This document shows positions 1-11,666 of a stretch of DNA of 62,659 bases, piece by piece. The position numbers and the translations under genes are program-made. Each line of letters opens with the position of its first letter. Position 1 is the first letter of the stretch. Where the stretch lies: positions 1,116,001-1,178,659 of the forward strand of contig NW_026782009.1 of NCBI RefSeq assembly GCF_031769215.1, read 5' to 3'. Source of the stretch: Ylistrum balloti (lineage: Eukaryota). Below the pieces are notes generated by a model that was not told where the DNA came from, did no database searches, and saw only the letters and a list, made by a program, of their open reading frames with translations.

Positions 1-137
1 ATCCAGATATGTTCGTCACTCTGACGAAGGCCCGGATGGCGTCACCTACTGGCCAGTGTCAAGCTTTCTCCGCTAACGCCGATGGATACGCTCGTGGAGA
101 GGGATGCGGTATCGTCATACTAGAAAGGCTAAATAAT
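1..137 (+). CDS. PKS exon, mid-KS domain (runs off left edge)
   Basis: [45 protein letters not shown] contains the KS motif (F..ADGY.RGEG). Donor AAT|GTATGT at 137/138, phase 0. Confidence 0.93.
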
Positions 138-3100
138 GTATGTTGTCTGTACATGTTTGGACAAATCATTTTTTATCATGTGCTATTGTGAACAAATGAA
201 TTTTGTCAATTGTTCAATTGTTAATTTTCGCTCAAACGAGGATCATTATCACAAACTTTCAGCTGTAGTTAACCATCGAAAATACTATTACAGGCTCTAA
301 AGAATGGCAGACATATTTGGGCGACTATCCGCACGGGCTGTAACCAAGATGGACAGACTGTGAGGCCAATTACTGCACCATCAGGGATCCAACAGAATCG
401 ACTTCTTCATGACATATATCTTCACTCCAACAACATCAACCCGAGCCATGTCCAGTACATAGAGGCCCATGGTATGTATGTTTATATGCGTTAGATACTG
501 CACAGAACTTAAAACTGTTGCAGTGTCGGTCTCCTTCCACAGACTGTTAACTATAAATCTCCCGTGGAGACATCAACTATCATAATAACCTATTAGGATC
601 TTCCAAAAGTGAGTTTGGTCGTACAATAAAACATTTTACGAATAAGAATGCGATCTGCTGATTCGCCCATCTTCAGAATATTTCAAACTCCTTCTTGTTG
701 CATTTAGTCATGTCTCTTTACTTTTAACTGTTCCGTGAGTGATGAAATCTGGAAGTGAATATTCTTTAGAATGACTAGTTCTCCAATTGACGATAACATT
801 CCATTTTCACCTCTTTTGAGACATCTTCTGTTTTGAGCATTGGTAGGAAACAAGGGTAACTAATATTTGAGATTTTAAAAGGATTCATCTTAAACGACAA
901 ATATCCCCTCACTTAAGTTTATCAGCATTTGTTAAAATATCTTGGACAGACTCGAGTTTCAGTATTATTGGGTCAAGGTCAAGGCCACTGTTACTCTTTG
1001 AAATGATTGTTAGCGCTCTATGGCTTCAGTCTTAACTGGATTTTTCAATAAACACCACACGCTTATAAAGCATCAAATACTTGGATAAGCTCAAGTGCCA
1101 AGGCTGATGTGTTGCGGTCATTGTTACAATTGCAAATCACTTATATATATGCGTGGGGTTTGTTTTCACTTTAATATATGAGGAGAGTCAATCGCTAATT
1201 AAAATATCTCACAATGTTTCCACGAGACACACCGACTTAATTGTATTCTTATGGAATCGGAACGGAAAGTGCAAAAAAATAGTAAAAAGAGAAAATCATT
1301 ATTCAATATTATCTTCGTGTTGCAGGACTACATCAGCAATAGTTGGAAATATTTACGATGTCCAAGGTGCTGGAACTGTTCAATTGTCTGCTTCGACCGT
1401 AATAGAAACGGACTTTAAAATTAACACATATCATAACACATCTACATACGCTTTTAGCACATTGATTGAAACGAGTAGATATCTCTCCTATGTAGTAACT
1501 CGGTATTTTTTTTTATAAATGTACTTACATAGTTAAAATTACAAGTAAAACTAATATTATTTGGTTATGAAAAAATATGATTTTCTGAAGTAATAAATTA
1601 GACGACAGAAAATTCGTTCCAAGAGAGAGAAACAATTATGACCACTCTCTTTCATCATTCTTTCACTAATCTATTTACAATGCATTGCATCTAGCAAAAT
1701 CATATGATATTCATATAACACTGAAATCAGGTTTCGTAATCATATGCAATATAAGTTAAATTCTTACATGTCGTTCTTTGTTTTGCCTCTTCTGTTTTAG
1801 CGCCGATCGTTCGATGTTTTGCATTTACATTTTCCGTTTTTCATCGACAATTTTCATTTTAAAAAAATCTTGGTCTGTATTTATATAGGTTAGGGTTTTG
1901 TGATTCAACTTACGAAAAAAGCGTTTTGTTTGATTGCTTTTGGTCTTTTAAAGGAATTGATTTAATAACGAGAAACATGAACGTATCTGAAAAATACTAT
2001 CCGTTTGCAAAAATTGAAAAAAAAACTCATATGATTAATTGATTTGGAAATGCTTTTTATAGTCTGAATGGTTAATAACAGTAAAAATATACTTATATTT
2101 ATGTTTATTCCAAATTAGCGGTATGCTTGACACTTAAGTGATAGAAACATGCAATGAAATTTTACGAAAATGTTCGCGTTTCTTCTGCTTCAGGTACCGG
2201 TACACCAATCGGCGACCCGGTCGAGGTCAACAGTCTTGGGAGCTTCTTTAAAGATTATCCGATACAGCCCAATTATGTGACCAAACAGCGGTTTATCGGA
2301 TCTGTTAAAACAAACATAGGACATCTGGAATCTGGTGCAGGAGCTGCAAGTCTCATTAAGACTCTTTTGATGATGAACCATGCAACAATTGTACCATCTC
2401 TTCATTCGCTTCCACGGAACCCGAAAATAGACTTTGAGAATTACGAACTGCAAATACCTACATCGGTTAACCCATGGCCTGTACTAGAAGATGGTTCAAG
2501 AGCTGCCTGCATAAATTGTTTCGGATTTGGTGGAACGAACAGTCATGCCTTTGTACGACAATGGGTTGGAAGGTCGAACGATACTAATACAACAATGAAC
2601 AAGAACCTCAAATCCACGTGCATTCCACTTTCGGCAAAATCTCAAACGTGTCTGATTAAAGTACTTAGCCATTTGGTTAAACGACTGACAGAAGAACCAT
2701 GCGATCTGAAGCAACTGTCATACACTGCTTCGTGCAAACGAGATCACTTTCGATACCGGAAATTGTTCGTTGCATTCACTATTGCAGATCTTATCGAAAG
2801 TTGCACAGGGGCAATTGAAAGAATGAAAGATGAAAATATTAAACCCGGCAGGAATATCAGGATAGTATACGTGTTTTGTGGCGTCGGGACCACATGGACG
2901 AAAATGGGCATGGAACTTGTTCGACATTTCCCTGTATTTGCTGACACCTTGAAGCGCATTGATAACTATCTGACGTCAATGACTGGATGGTCAGTAGAGG
3001 ACATAATACGTGATGGAGCAAAAATGGATGACCCCTTCATTAGTCATATTGGTATATTTGCATGTCAAGTTGGACTGTCAGACCTCTGGAAACATTGGGG

Positions 3101-6100
3101 AATCTCTCCTGACGCGATTGTAGGTCAATCCGTTGGTGAAGTAGCCGCTGCCTATAGTAGTGGGGTACTATCTCTGAAAGATGCTGTCAAAGTAATTTAC
3201 CACAGGTCCAGGTTGCTGGCAGAGGAATCGGGAGGCAAAATGATAGTGGTAACGAATGTTAATACCACATATGTATCCAAGATATGTAAAAAGGTTGGCC
3301 ATGTTGATATAGCAGTACATATCAGTCCAAATGCATGTACAATAAGTGGTGATGCCAAAGAAGTAAATGAAGTGAAAAACCTCATAGCAATGCATACTAA
3401 AAACACGAGTGAAATTCCTTTGTTTCATGACTTGAATGTCCAGTGTGCTTATCATAGTTTCAAGATGGAAAACGCAGCAAAACGCATTACAGAATGTCTT
3501 AATGGAATTAAAGCTAATCCCCCAGATATTCCAGTATTTTCCACCGTGACAGGAATGATAGCAGAAGATTTCGGTACACCCGAGTATTGGGAAAAAAATG
3601 TCGAAAGGCCAGTATTATTTCACCAGGCAATTAAAGAATCGACGGGTAAAGAGTCAACTATATTCCTGGAACTCGGTCCTCGGCCAGTTTTGAAGGCTCA
3701 TTTGAGTGACATATTCACAAAGGAAGTTGTCACTTCAATTCCATGTATGAAATTTGGTACAGGTTCAATTCAAGTGTTGACTGCGCTTGGTGATTTGTAC
3801 ACATTAGGCGTTAATCCATGCTGGGGAAATATCGTAGAGAAAACAAACCTGACAGACTTGCCTCAATATCAGTTTGACGGTAAGGTCTTAATGGTAGAGT
3901 CCGACTACCGCTTCCTCCGAAAACAGGGATTGATGAATGATTGCTCGGGTAGGTACCTTATGTTGACACAAACAGATACGAAAGGGAAATTTAAGGTTAA
4001 TTTAAGTCCAAGCGAAACACCTTTCGTGTATGACCATGTTATCGATGACGTCGTCGTCATTCCAGGTGCTGTTTACGCTGAGGTGGCATTTGAACTGGGT
4101 ATGAGTGTCATGAATGTAGCAGCTGAATGTTTGCATGTTGAGTACGATATCATCAAAGTGGTCCCCTTGTCGAAAGATAAACCGTTTTATCTGGATATCG
4201 CATCCAACATAGAAGAAACGAATGATTGCTTGATGAAAATTGTTTTTTCAATCACCAAGGATACAATAACGGTTGTCGAAGGATCTGTGACAAACATACT
4301 TCCCACACATTTGCCAACTGTTCAAAATGAGGATATATTCATAAGTACTGGGAACAATTTGGAGCGTGAACAGTTATATAAAGCGTTGGCAATGCATGGA
4401 TACAAATATGGAACTAGAAGTCAGGTCTTGGAAAGAATTATATTCAACAAAAACGAATGCACTGCCTATATAAATCTCACTGAAGGAGTGGCACGACAAA
4501 TTAATCGAACAGCTTTCCATCCTGCTATTCTAGATGCAATGCTTCACTCGAGCGCTCTAATATTCCTTTCTCAACAAAATGAAACATCTAACAAAATCTA
4601 CCCGGTCCGCCTTGGTAGCGTTACCGTGTTTAGATCGTTAGAGAAACGAATGTTGTGTTATACCCGGATCATAAAAGAGGTCAGTGATAGGAGCATAACC
4701 AACATCATTCTTACTACACACAATGGTTTGGTGCTGGCTGAAGTGAAGGAAATCGAACACAATATCATGAATGGTAGCACGGGTGTAAACACATTTGCTT
4801 ATCAGATTGCTTGGACTGAAGAGAATGTGCCAGATGTTATCTGCGATACCCAAGACGACCCAAAACAAAATGTTATCATCTGCTACGACGACAGCGGCAT
4901 TCACACCTTACTTAGGAGTTTTTATCCACGAGGAGAATCCTTTCGACTGAGAGACGTGGCTGACGACCCTGAGTCCATGATATCCGCAATAGACACTGAA
5001 GGTGTGAAGATGACCTTAATTGTTCCAGACTCTTATACTGCCTCACAAAGCGAAAGTAGCGATCATATTTTTGATAATATTTGCAAATGCTGCGAGGCAT
5101 TCCTCAACATTATGAAGAAGCTAAAATACACAGACAAAACTTTGATAATAGTTACAGAGAATACACAAGATGGTGGCTATGAAAAAAATATCAAACAAAA
5201 TGTTTTTGGTTCTGAACTATGGGGGTTTGCTAGATCTTTACGACAAGAAGGTACCAGATGTCGGATTGTATTGATCGATATCCAGCCATCTATTCCCATG
5301 GAAGTGGAGACATTGAACAAAGCCATTCTTTTTTTCATGTCCTCCGATCAAGCTAGTACGCTTACGGAATGTCTAGTTGCTGATGGCAAAATACATAGTA
5401 ACTTCCTACAGCGAGGACTGCATAAAGGTTTAGAAAATGTACACAGAACATTGTACCCTGATACAAATCTACGTCTTCAGGTTCGCAGTACCAAGCCAGA
5501 CAGAGTAGAACGCCCGTTCCTCATACCTGCAGACAACACATGTGTTTCAAAGAAAAATGACATAATTCTTCAAGTTGATGCAATTTGTAGTCACTCGTCA
5601 TCCATATTTTGCGTCACTGAGTTAGATTCAAGTATTGACAATTCACTTTGGACAGATTGGCAAGGTTACCCAGTTATAGGATTAGAATTTCAAGGAACTA
5701 TTATGGGCAAAAAGCAACACGTTGTGGCATGTCACCCTACAAGAGCTACCAATTTGATATCTATACCAGAATGTTGTGTTTGTGAACGATCAAAATTGCC
5801 AATGTATACACCGGGTCTCATCATCAATGCAATGTTAATGTGGCATATCATGCAGCATGTTGAAGACAAATCTGTAGTTTATATCGTCACAGACTCTGAC
5901 CCGTCTGATGATGCACCACTTGCCCTTCTTCGTGATATGATCTTGACGACAAAGCACTGCCAAGTCAAAATAGCATCGATTCACTCTCTCAATGATGCCT
6001 GTGAATGTGAGAATGGCGTGTTTATTTTATTAGAAAAACTTTCCTTATCACAAATAACATGTATTTTACGATTTGGAAATACCATTGTGGGTTATTTCGA

Positions 6101-9100
6101 TGCCATGGGATGCGTGTCAACTCGACAATATCAGATATGCTCAAGAGGGATTAAAGTATGTATCATTAAGCAAAATGACGTGTTTTCTGACATCAACGTC
6201 ATTAGTACTTTTCCAAAAGTAATACGTTGGCTACAACGACAATCAAGAAACCATGATGTAACTTATAATAATCGAAGACCACTAATGACCATCAAATTCC
6301 CTCACGCTAAGGATTCGGAAAAAGATGATATAGAAATAAAGGCAGTTGGAGACATGCTCATCCATAACAATGCAACTTATGTTGTTGTTGGTGGACTGAC
6401 AGGTCTGGGTTGGGAGATTGTTAAATGGCTTGGTTTCAAAGGTGCTGGGATTGTGGTGTCGCTTTCTAGGAGAGATTGTAATCAACAGATGATTGAAAAA
6501 CTTCAAAACGCGATGGATATACATAAGTATCAAATTACCCCTGTGAAGTGTGACATTAAGAATTATGCAGATGTTAAGAATGCGTTTGCTAACATAAAAT
6601 CGCAGTTTCCAAATCATCCAATCAAGGGTATATTCCAGGGAGCAGGAGTTTTGAAAGATACCCGAATTGAAACTATGACAATGGACAATTTCAAGTCAGT
6701 GTTGTGCCCAAAAGTCTTGGGATCATGGAACTTACATCTTGTCTCCAAAGAGTTACCCTTGGATTTCTTCGTAATGCATTCTTCAGTTACTTCGGTATTT
6801 GGAAATGCCGGCCAAACAAGTTACGGGGCTGCCAATTCGTTCATGGATTCATTAGCCTTATACAGAAGGGCCAATAATCTGCCCGGTCAGAGCATCAACT
6901 GGGGAGCATTGGCGGTGGGTATGGCAAGCAACGCAACGATAAGGAATAGCCTTGAAGCTAATGGGTATTTTTTGTTGGAAACGAATCAGATTAAGGAATG
7001 TCTTTTAGATGTTCTGACTCGAAATCCAAGCCAAATAGTGTATGGCTTATTTGACTGGAATATTTTAAGAAAAAATCCCGCCATGATGCGGACCTCTGGA
7101 TTTGATAGCGAGGAGATGTCAAATGCCAGACAGTCATCCATGCAACGGCATGTCAACACAGAGCTCGACATTGCCAATTTCAAGGAAGCGTCTCATGAGG
7201 AACAGAGACAGATTATCGTTGATTTGTTTTTCTCTAGCCTCTCCAGAGTTTTATCAGCATATGACAGAGCAGAAGTAAAGAATCAAAATCTTCTAAGTCT
7301 TGGCATGGAGTCGCAAAAAGCCATAGAATTAATCCAAGCCTTTAAGGACGCTACTGGTTGTAGACTTCCGTTGGCCTATATTCTGTCTCCTGAATATTCT
7401 GTAGAGATGCTTATTGACTTTGCTCATTCTAGTATCACCGCTAACATCGACAGGGAGGTTCATTCCCCAGTGAAATGTGAAAATGTACATGAATCACCGT
7501 CGTGGATGGAAAAATTCTATTTAGACATACACGAAATAAATCAGAAAGATTCAAGTCTTTGGTTCAGCATTGCTTTTAAACTAGGGAGCGGTCTATCCGA
7601 TATCGGAATGTGGCGTACTGTCTTGCGACGGATTACTATCAAACACCGAGAATTGAGAACAGCGTATCAACCTAGCGGGCGAAGATTCGGATTCAGAAAA
7701 GTTACTGCGGATCCAGAGGATGCCAAGGTTGACTTTCGGTGTGTAGATTCTAGCGTTATAACGAGTGAGAAAGACGAAGATATTGCAAAATATTGCACTT
7801 TCGATATAGCAAAAGATCCGCCGTTGCGAGTTCTGTATTGTGACACTGGAAAAAAGCATCGCCTGAGATTCATTATTAGTCACATCACTATGGACCTGGG
7901 AAGCCTTTTCACGCTCGTTGAACAATTGCAGCTGTACATTCCAGCGTTTTTTCTTCATAAACATATCGATTTGACACCTGTAGAGACTCCAGATTTTGCT
8001 GTGCTGATGGAAGAACGAATCGAGTCTGAGAGGGTACATCTTGATAATTTCTGGAGAGGAGAGCTTGAAAAGAGTCGCAGTGTGCCATCTGTAGTTGGGG
8101 ATAAAGTACCCAAACATATGTCAGGAAAGACAAAGAAATTATCTAAGCTTCTACCAAGAGAGCTGGTTGATAATATCAGTCTCGACGTATATCACATAAC
8201 TGTACCTACTCTACTATTTAGTTTGTATCAGATTCTTCTACATGAGATGACATGCGTGTCTGCTGTTCCGGTTGTGCTGACAGTGGACATGCGCCGACAC
8301 TTTCCGGAGTTCATTGGAAAGATATTTCTTGGTACCAACTACATTCCAGTCATAACACAGCTCCCCAGGGTATGTGCAACATTACGAGAATGCATTTCAT
8401 TGTGCTCCAACCAGATGTTGCTCGCGAGTGCGAACAGCTTGTACCCATTCCAACTTATCAAACAAATTGATATTGATAAAGAGAACTATTTCCGACATTT
8501 TTTCAATGTAAGAGACATATCAAAACAACTCGAAAAACGTGAAATGTATTCAAATTACCATATGACAAATATAGGCTATATCACCGGTTTCCTAAACAAA
8601 GTGGAGACAGCTTTAAATGTGGTGACTGGTCGCCAGGACAGATCTATGGAATTAGTGTTGAGTTATGACTCAGAAATTGTCAGTTCCTCCAAAGCTGAAA
8701 GTATGCTTAACGACCTTGTGCTACTGGCCAGTGCTGCTGTAGCAAATCCAGATCTCGGACTGAAAGACATACCTTTGGAGTGTTATCAAACCGAGGCTTC
8801 CGACAAAATGGACCCTCACTTGCCTATGGGTAAATATTGTGTTACAATTTGTCGTCGTGAAATTTTATATATCTTGATTATTGCCTAGTGTCAAATTGGA
8901 CACTGCGTCTGTTTTCGTCAATTCAATGTTCCCTTAGCAAATGACAGATAACTCACTTATTAATTCTGATTATAAATGGACATCGTTGTAAACAATTTCA
9001 CTAAAATAGACAAGAAATGGAATGCTATGAAATGTATGCTTGTATAGTATATATTTGGTTACTAGTAAATGAGACCAACGAAATACCAGAGAGAAATCTG

Positions 9101-11666
9101 CCATTTCTTTTTGGAAAAAAAATCGCCAATATTTTGTCACATTTTGTTCGATTTTCAAATCTGAGGTATCAAAGTAATCGCATACGGTAATAAATAAATT
9201 GCCTACAAGGAAAACTAAAAATACAAACTAAACTAACACACCTTTCATTCATTGTATATGTGAATTACGACCGGCGAATTCCCCGATGTAGCTATGCATG
9301 TCCGCTAAAATTCAGGTCAAACAAGGCTATTATAAAGTCAAAACGTCATACCATCTATTTGATTAATTTTAAAGGGGACAATTTTCGATTTCATATTCAC
9401 ATAAACAAGCTCCGGATCGTATGCAAGGTATTTAGTTAATATCAGAAAATAGACTTCTTCTCGATTTCATTCAAATCAAATCCGTCTCCATTACCGAAAT
9501 AGGAACAGGGCAAAAGATTTTTCAACAGATGTATTGGATTGGTTGATTTTATTCATTGGTTCATCAAAAATGTCCTTAAAAATGTAAAATTATCCCGTTC
9601 CTATTTTCATTCAATATTAATTTGAAGTTAAAAGAGTCACAGGGAGCTGATAGTTTGTCAGTAGCATACTGCAATCAATTGCTATATAAAGTAATGATAA
9701 ATATTTATAAAAATCGATCTTTCGGATTTCGATAGGAGTCAAAGGTCAAAAGTGATATGTTGTTTACAAGCATTTTGAAAAACTTCTAATGTTCTACCGA
9801 TGAGATTTATCTCATTCTTGCCTGAAAACCCCGGTATAGTCCGGACCAAGTATTAATATTTTTGAGTTGGTCGGAAATTAAATATGAACTCCCATATCGC
9901 CTTCTTGAAAAAACACATTTGAATCTATTTTTCCAGTTTGACCAGTGTCATTGAGCTGAAAATTAGTTTGGAAAGGATTCCAAGAAATGTTGCCTTATAA
10001 AGTATTCGAATGCTAGCTAAAAAATGTATCCATGTCAGTTTCTAGATTGGTTTATTTCTAAATAACTTCCGATGGTTTTTTCCGATTAGGACCTATGCTT
10101 CATTTGGTATTGCGTAATTTGGAAATATAAGAAAATGATGCTTCATCGGGATATCCGTTTTTATTTTCATACTTGCTACAAGCCATATATTGCAATAAGT
10201 GCGACATAAATTGGAGATTTTAAAAATTAGATTGTTAATATCTAAACATTCCCATGTAAAAAAAGTGTGAAATCTTAAAATTCACGATTATATGACAGAT
10301 GTATTATGCAAATTACTTTTATCAGGTGCAATTATAGGATCGCACAAAGTTATACAATGTGCGATGTGTGCGTGGTGTATGCACGGTGGGAAACTGAACA
10401 AAATTAGCTATTGCACATTTGTGCGCGCGATGTGCGATTCCATAGGGGTACATACCAATTAAAAATAATAATGAATAAGTGTTGGATAGGATTACTTTGA
10501 TCTCTAGATATATATGAGTACATTTAAGTAAGTTTATTAAGCCATATATTTACAAGTATATACACAAGTGCTTCTTCAGAAGAAGACTGAAGAGTATTTA
10601 AGAGCGTTTTATATACAAAGTAAGTAATGTTTGAAAAGCATGTCACAAAGTTTTTGACGGATTTTTGAAACGATCAACCTTCGAAGTAATGGAATGTACC
10701 ATAACACTACCAAAAGTCCTTGTTTAATTAAAGTTAAATCAAAAGAAACTTACGCTACGACATTTTTGACAGAACAATGCACTGACACTTGAAATTCCCT
10801 CGCTGGACATTATCGATACCACTAACAGGAAAGTCTAATACCAACGAAATCGGACACATGTAGACTCACAGCTCATAGCTTTCTGAAAGCGCAATACATC
10901 ACAAAACTAACGCAGCTGTAAGGACAGGCGATAAAATATTTTGTAACTGTGAAATTGGATATTCAATACGATTTCTGTACCATCAAAATATACAAATGAT
11001 AGCAGTGTTAAGATACAGTTGACCTTGTTGTATAGGCTATGACTTAAGTGGCAACCATTCGTTATGTTAGAACAATTGTATAAACGGCCAGATTAATTCA
11101 TTTGTTCTACAATCTAAAATATTTGGGCTTTTTTAAATAATGTTTTATCAAAGTTTGATTGATTCTTTTATATCATCAAATGTTGGATGATACTAGTCGC
11201 AGCTGCATTACTATTGATTCGTTTATTCCTAGATTTTATGTGCTGTTGTTTTATGCATAAGTTAGAAAATAAAGCATCATCTAACATATGACCGCAAATG
11301 TAAAATATGAAATTGCGTTCTCTTTCTGTTTGCAGCAATATTTATGAAAGAGACTTCAAACGGTTGGGAATATCCAGTGCAGCTGGAATTGGACGTGCAA
11401 AATGATATTACCAGGATAAGATTGATCAATCCTAATGGCCGAGGAACGTCAAGACATAAAGCAATACCAAGTCATTGTATCATTGCTGTAGACATCGGAA
11501 AAATCTCTGGTATGTATAATATGCATTCAATTCAAATACGACAATTTAAAGTTGTTTGGTTATCTCGTTACTCTCGTAAATAGTTCATATCAAAATTCAC
11601 CTTTTTCATCATAGTGGAATAAATTACATCTTTTTTCTAGCTTCTTATTTTGTGCCAACTTACTGA
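1..11666 (+). CDS. Spliced iterative type I PKS with C-terminal NRPS condensation domain (KS-AT-DH-psiKR-psiER-KR-ACP-C-unknown); 5' end outside window
   Basis: Exons 1-137, 294-471, 2194-8829 and 11336-11509 join through GT-AG introns with matching phases (0,1,1). The KS motif EAHG|TGT is rebuilt across intron 472-2193. About 2,380 codons are visible. The 3' end (stop at 11664-11666) is provisional. Confidence 0.9.
294..471 (+). CDS. PKS exon, KS domain (not in ORF track)
   Basis: Acceptor TTACAG|GCT at 293/294. Reads [59 protein letters not shown]+G, with KS motifs NQDG, ITAPS and YIEAHG. Donor CATG|GTATGT at 471/472, phase 1. Confidence 0.93.
2194..8829 (+). CDS. PKS giant exon: KS C-terminus, AT, DH, psiKR, degenerate ER, KR, ACP, condensation domain
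   Basis: Acceptor TTCTGCTTCAG|GT at 2193/2194. Motifs: [11 protein letters not shown] (His 2322) and FGFGGTN; AT GQSVG (Ser 3129) and CAYHS; [13 protein letters not shown] (His 4035) and HPAILD (Asp 4533); KR GGLTGLG (6390), VLKD and SYGAAN (Tyr 6822); ACP LGMESQ (Ser 7311); C domain [26 protein letters not shown] (7878-7901), YPFQ, YDSEIV and ANPD. Probable donor ATGG|GTAAAT at 8829/8830, phase 1. Confidence 0.95.
9275..10157. mobile_element. Possible non-autonomous DNA element in PKS intron
   Basis: Imperfect inverted repeat (14/18): CGAATTCCCCGATGTAGC at 9275-9292 vs reverse complement of 10140-10157. No ORF; no TSD seen. Confidence 0.3.
11336..11509 (+). CDS. Probable next PKS exon; C-terminal extension of unknown domain
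   Basis: Strong acceptor TTCTCTTTCTGTTTGCAG| and donor CTCTG|GTATGT. Phase 1 in and out, matching the 8829 donor. Open frame (A)[57 protein letters not shown]. Confidence 0.72.

Noticed and set aside
1153-1518. 121-aa ORF in PKS intron
   Set aside because: Non-ATG start, AT-rich, no motif or splice support.
2154-2193. ATG start of the 2244-aa ORF
   Set aside because: Intronic read-through. The KS continues from upstream exons and a good acceptor lies at 2193.
2190-8470. Short antisense and alternate-frame ORFs inside the PKS exon
   Set aside because: Shadow ORFs of a long coding sequence; no recognisable motifs.
1-8829. Bacterial contaminant or prokaryotic PKS-NRPS cluster
   Set aside because: Spliceosomal introns split a catalytic motif, there is no operon, and the flanks are full of metazoan transposons.
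1-8829. Ordinary fatty acid synthase (FASN)
   Set aside because: No TE, no psiMT, degenerate ER, and a terminal C domain.
8830-8888. ORF tail [19 protein letters not shown] as the true C-terminus
   Set aside because: It follows a GTAAAT donor and is AT-rich, and an in-phase exon exists at 11336. Not fully excluded without cDNA.
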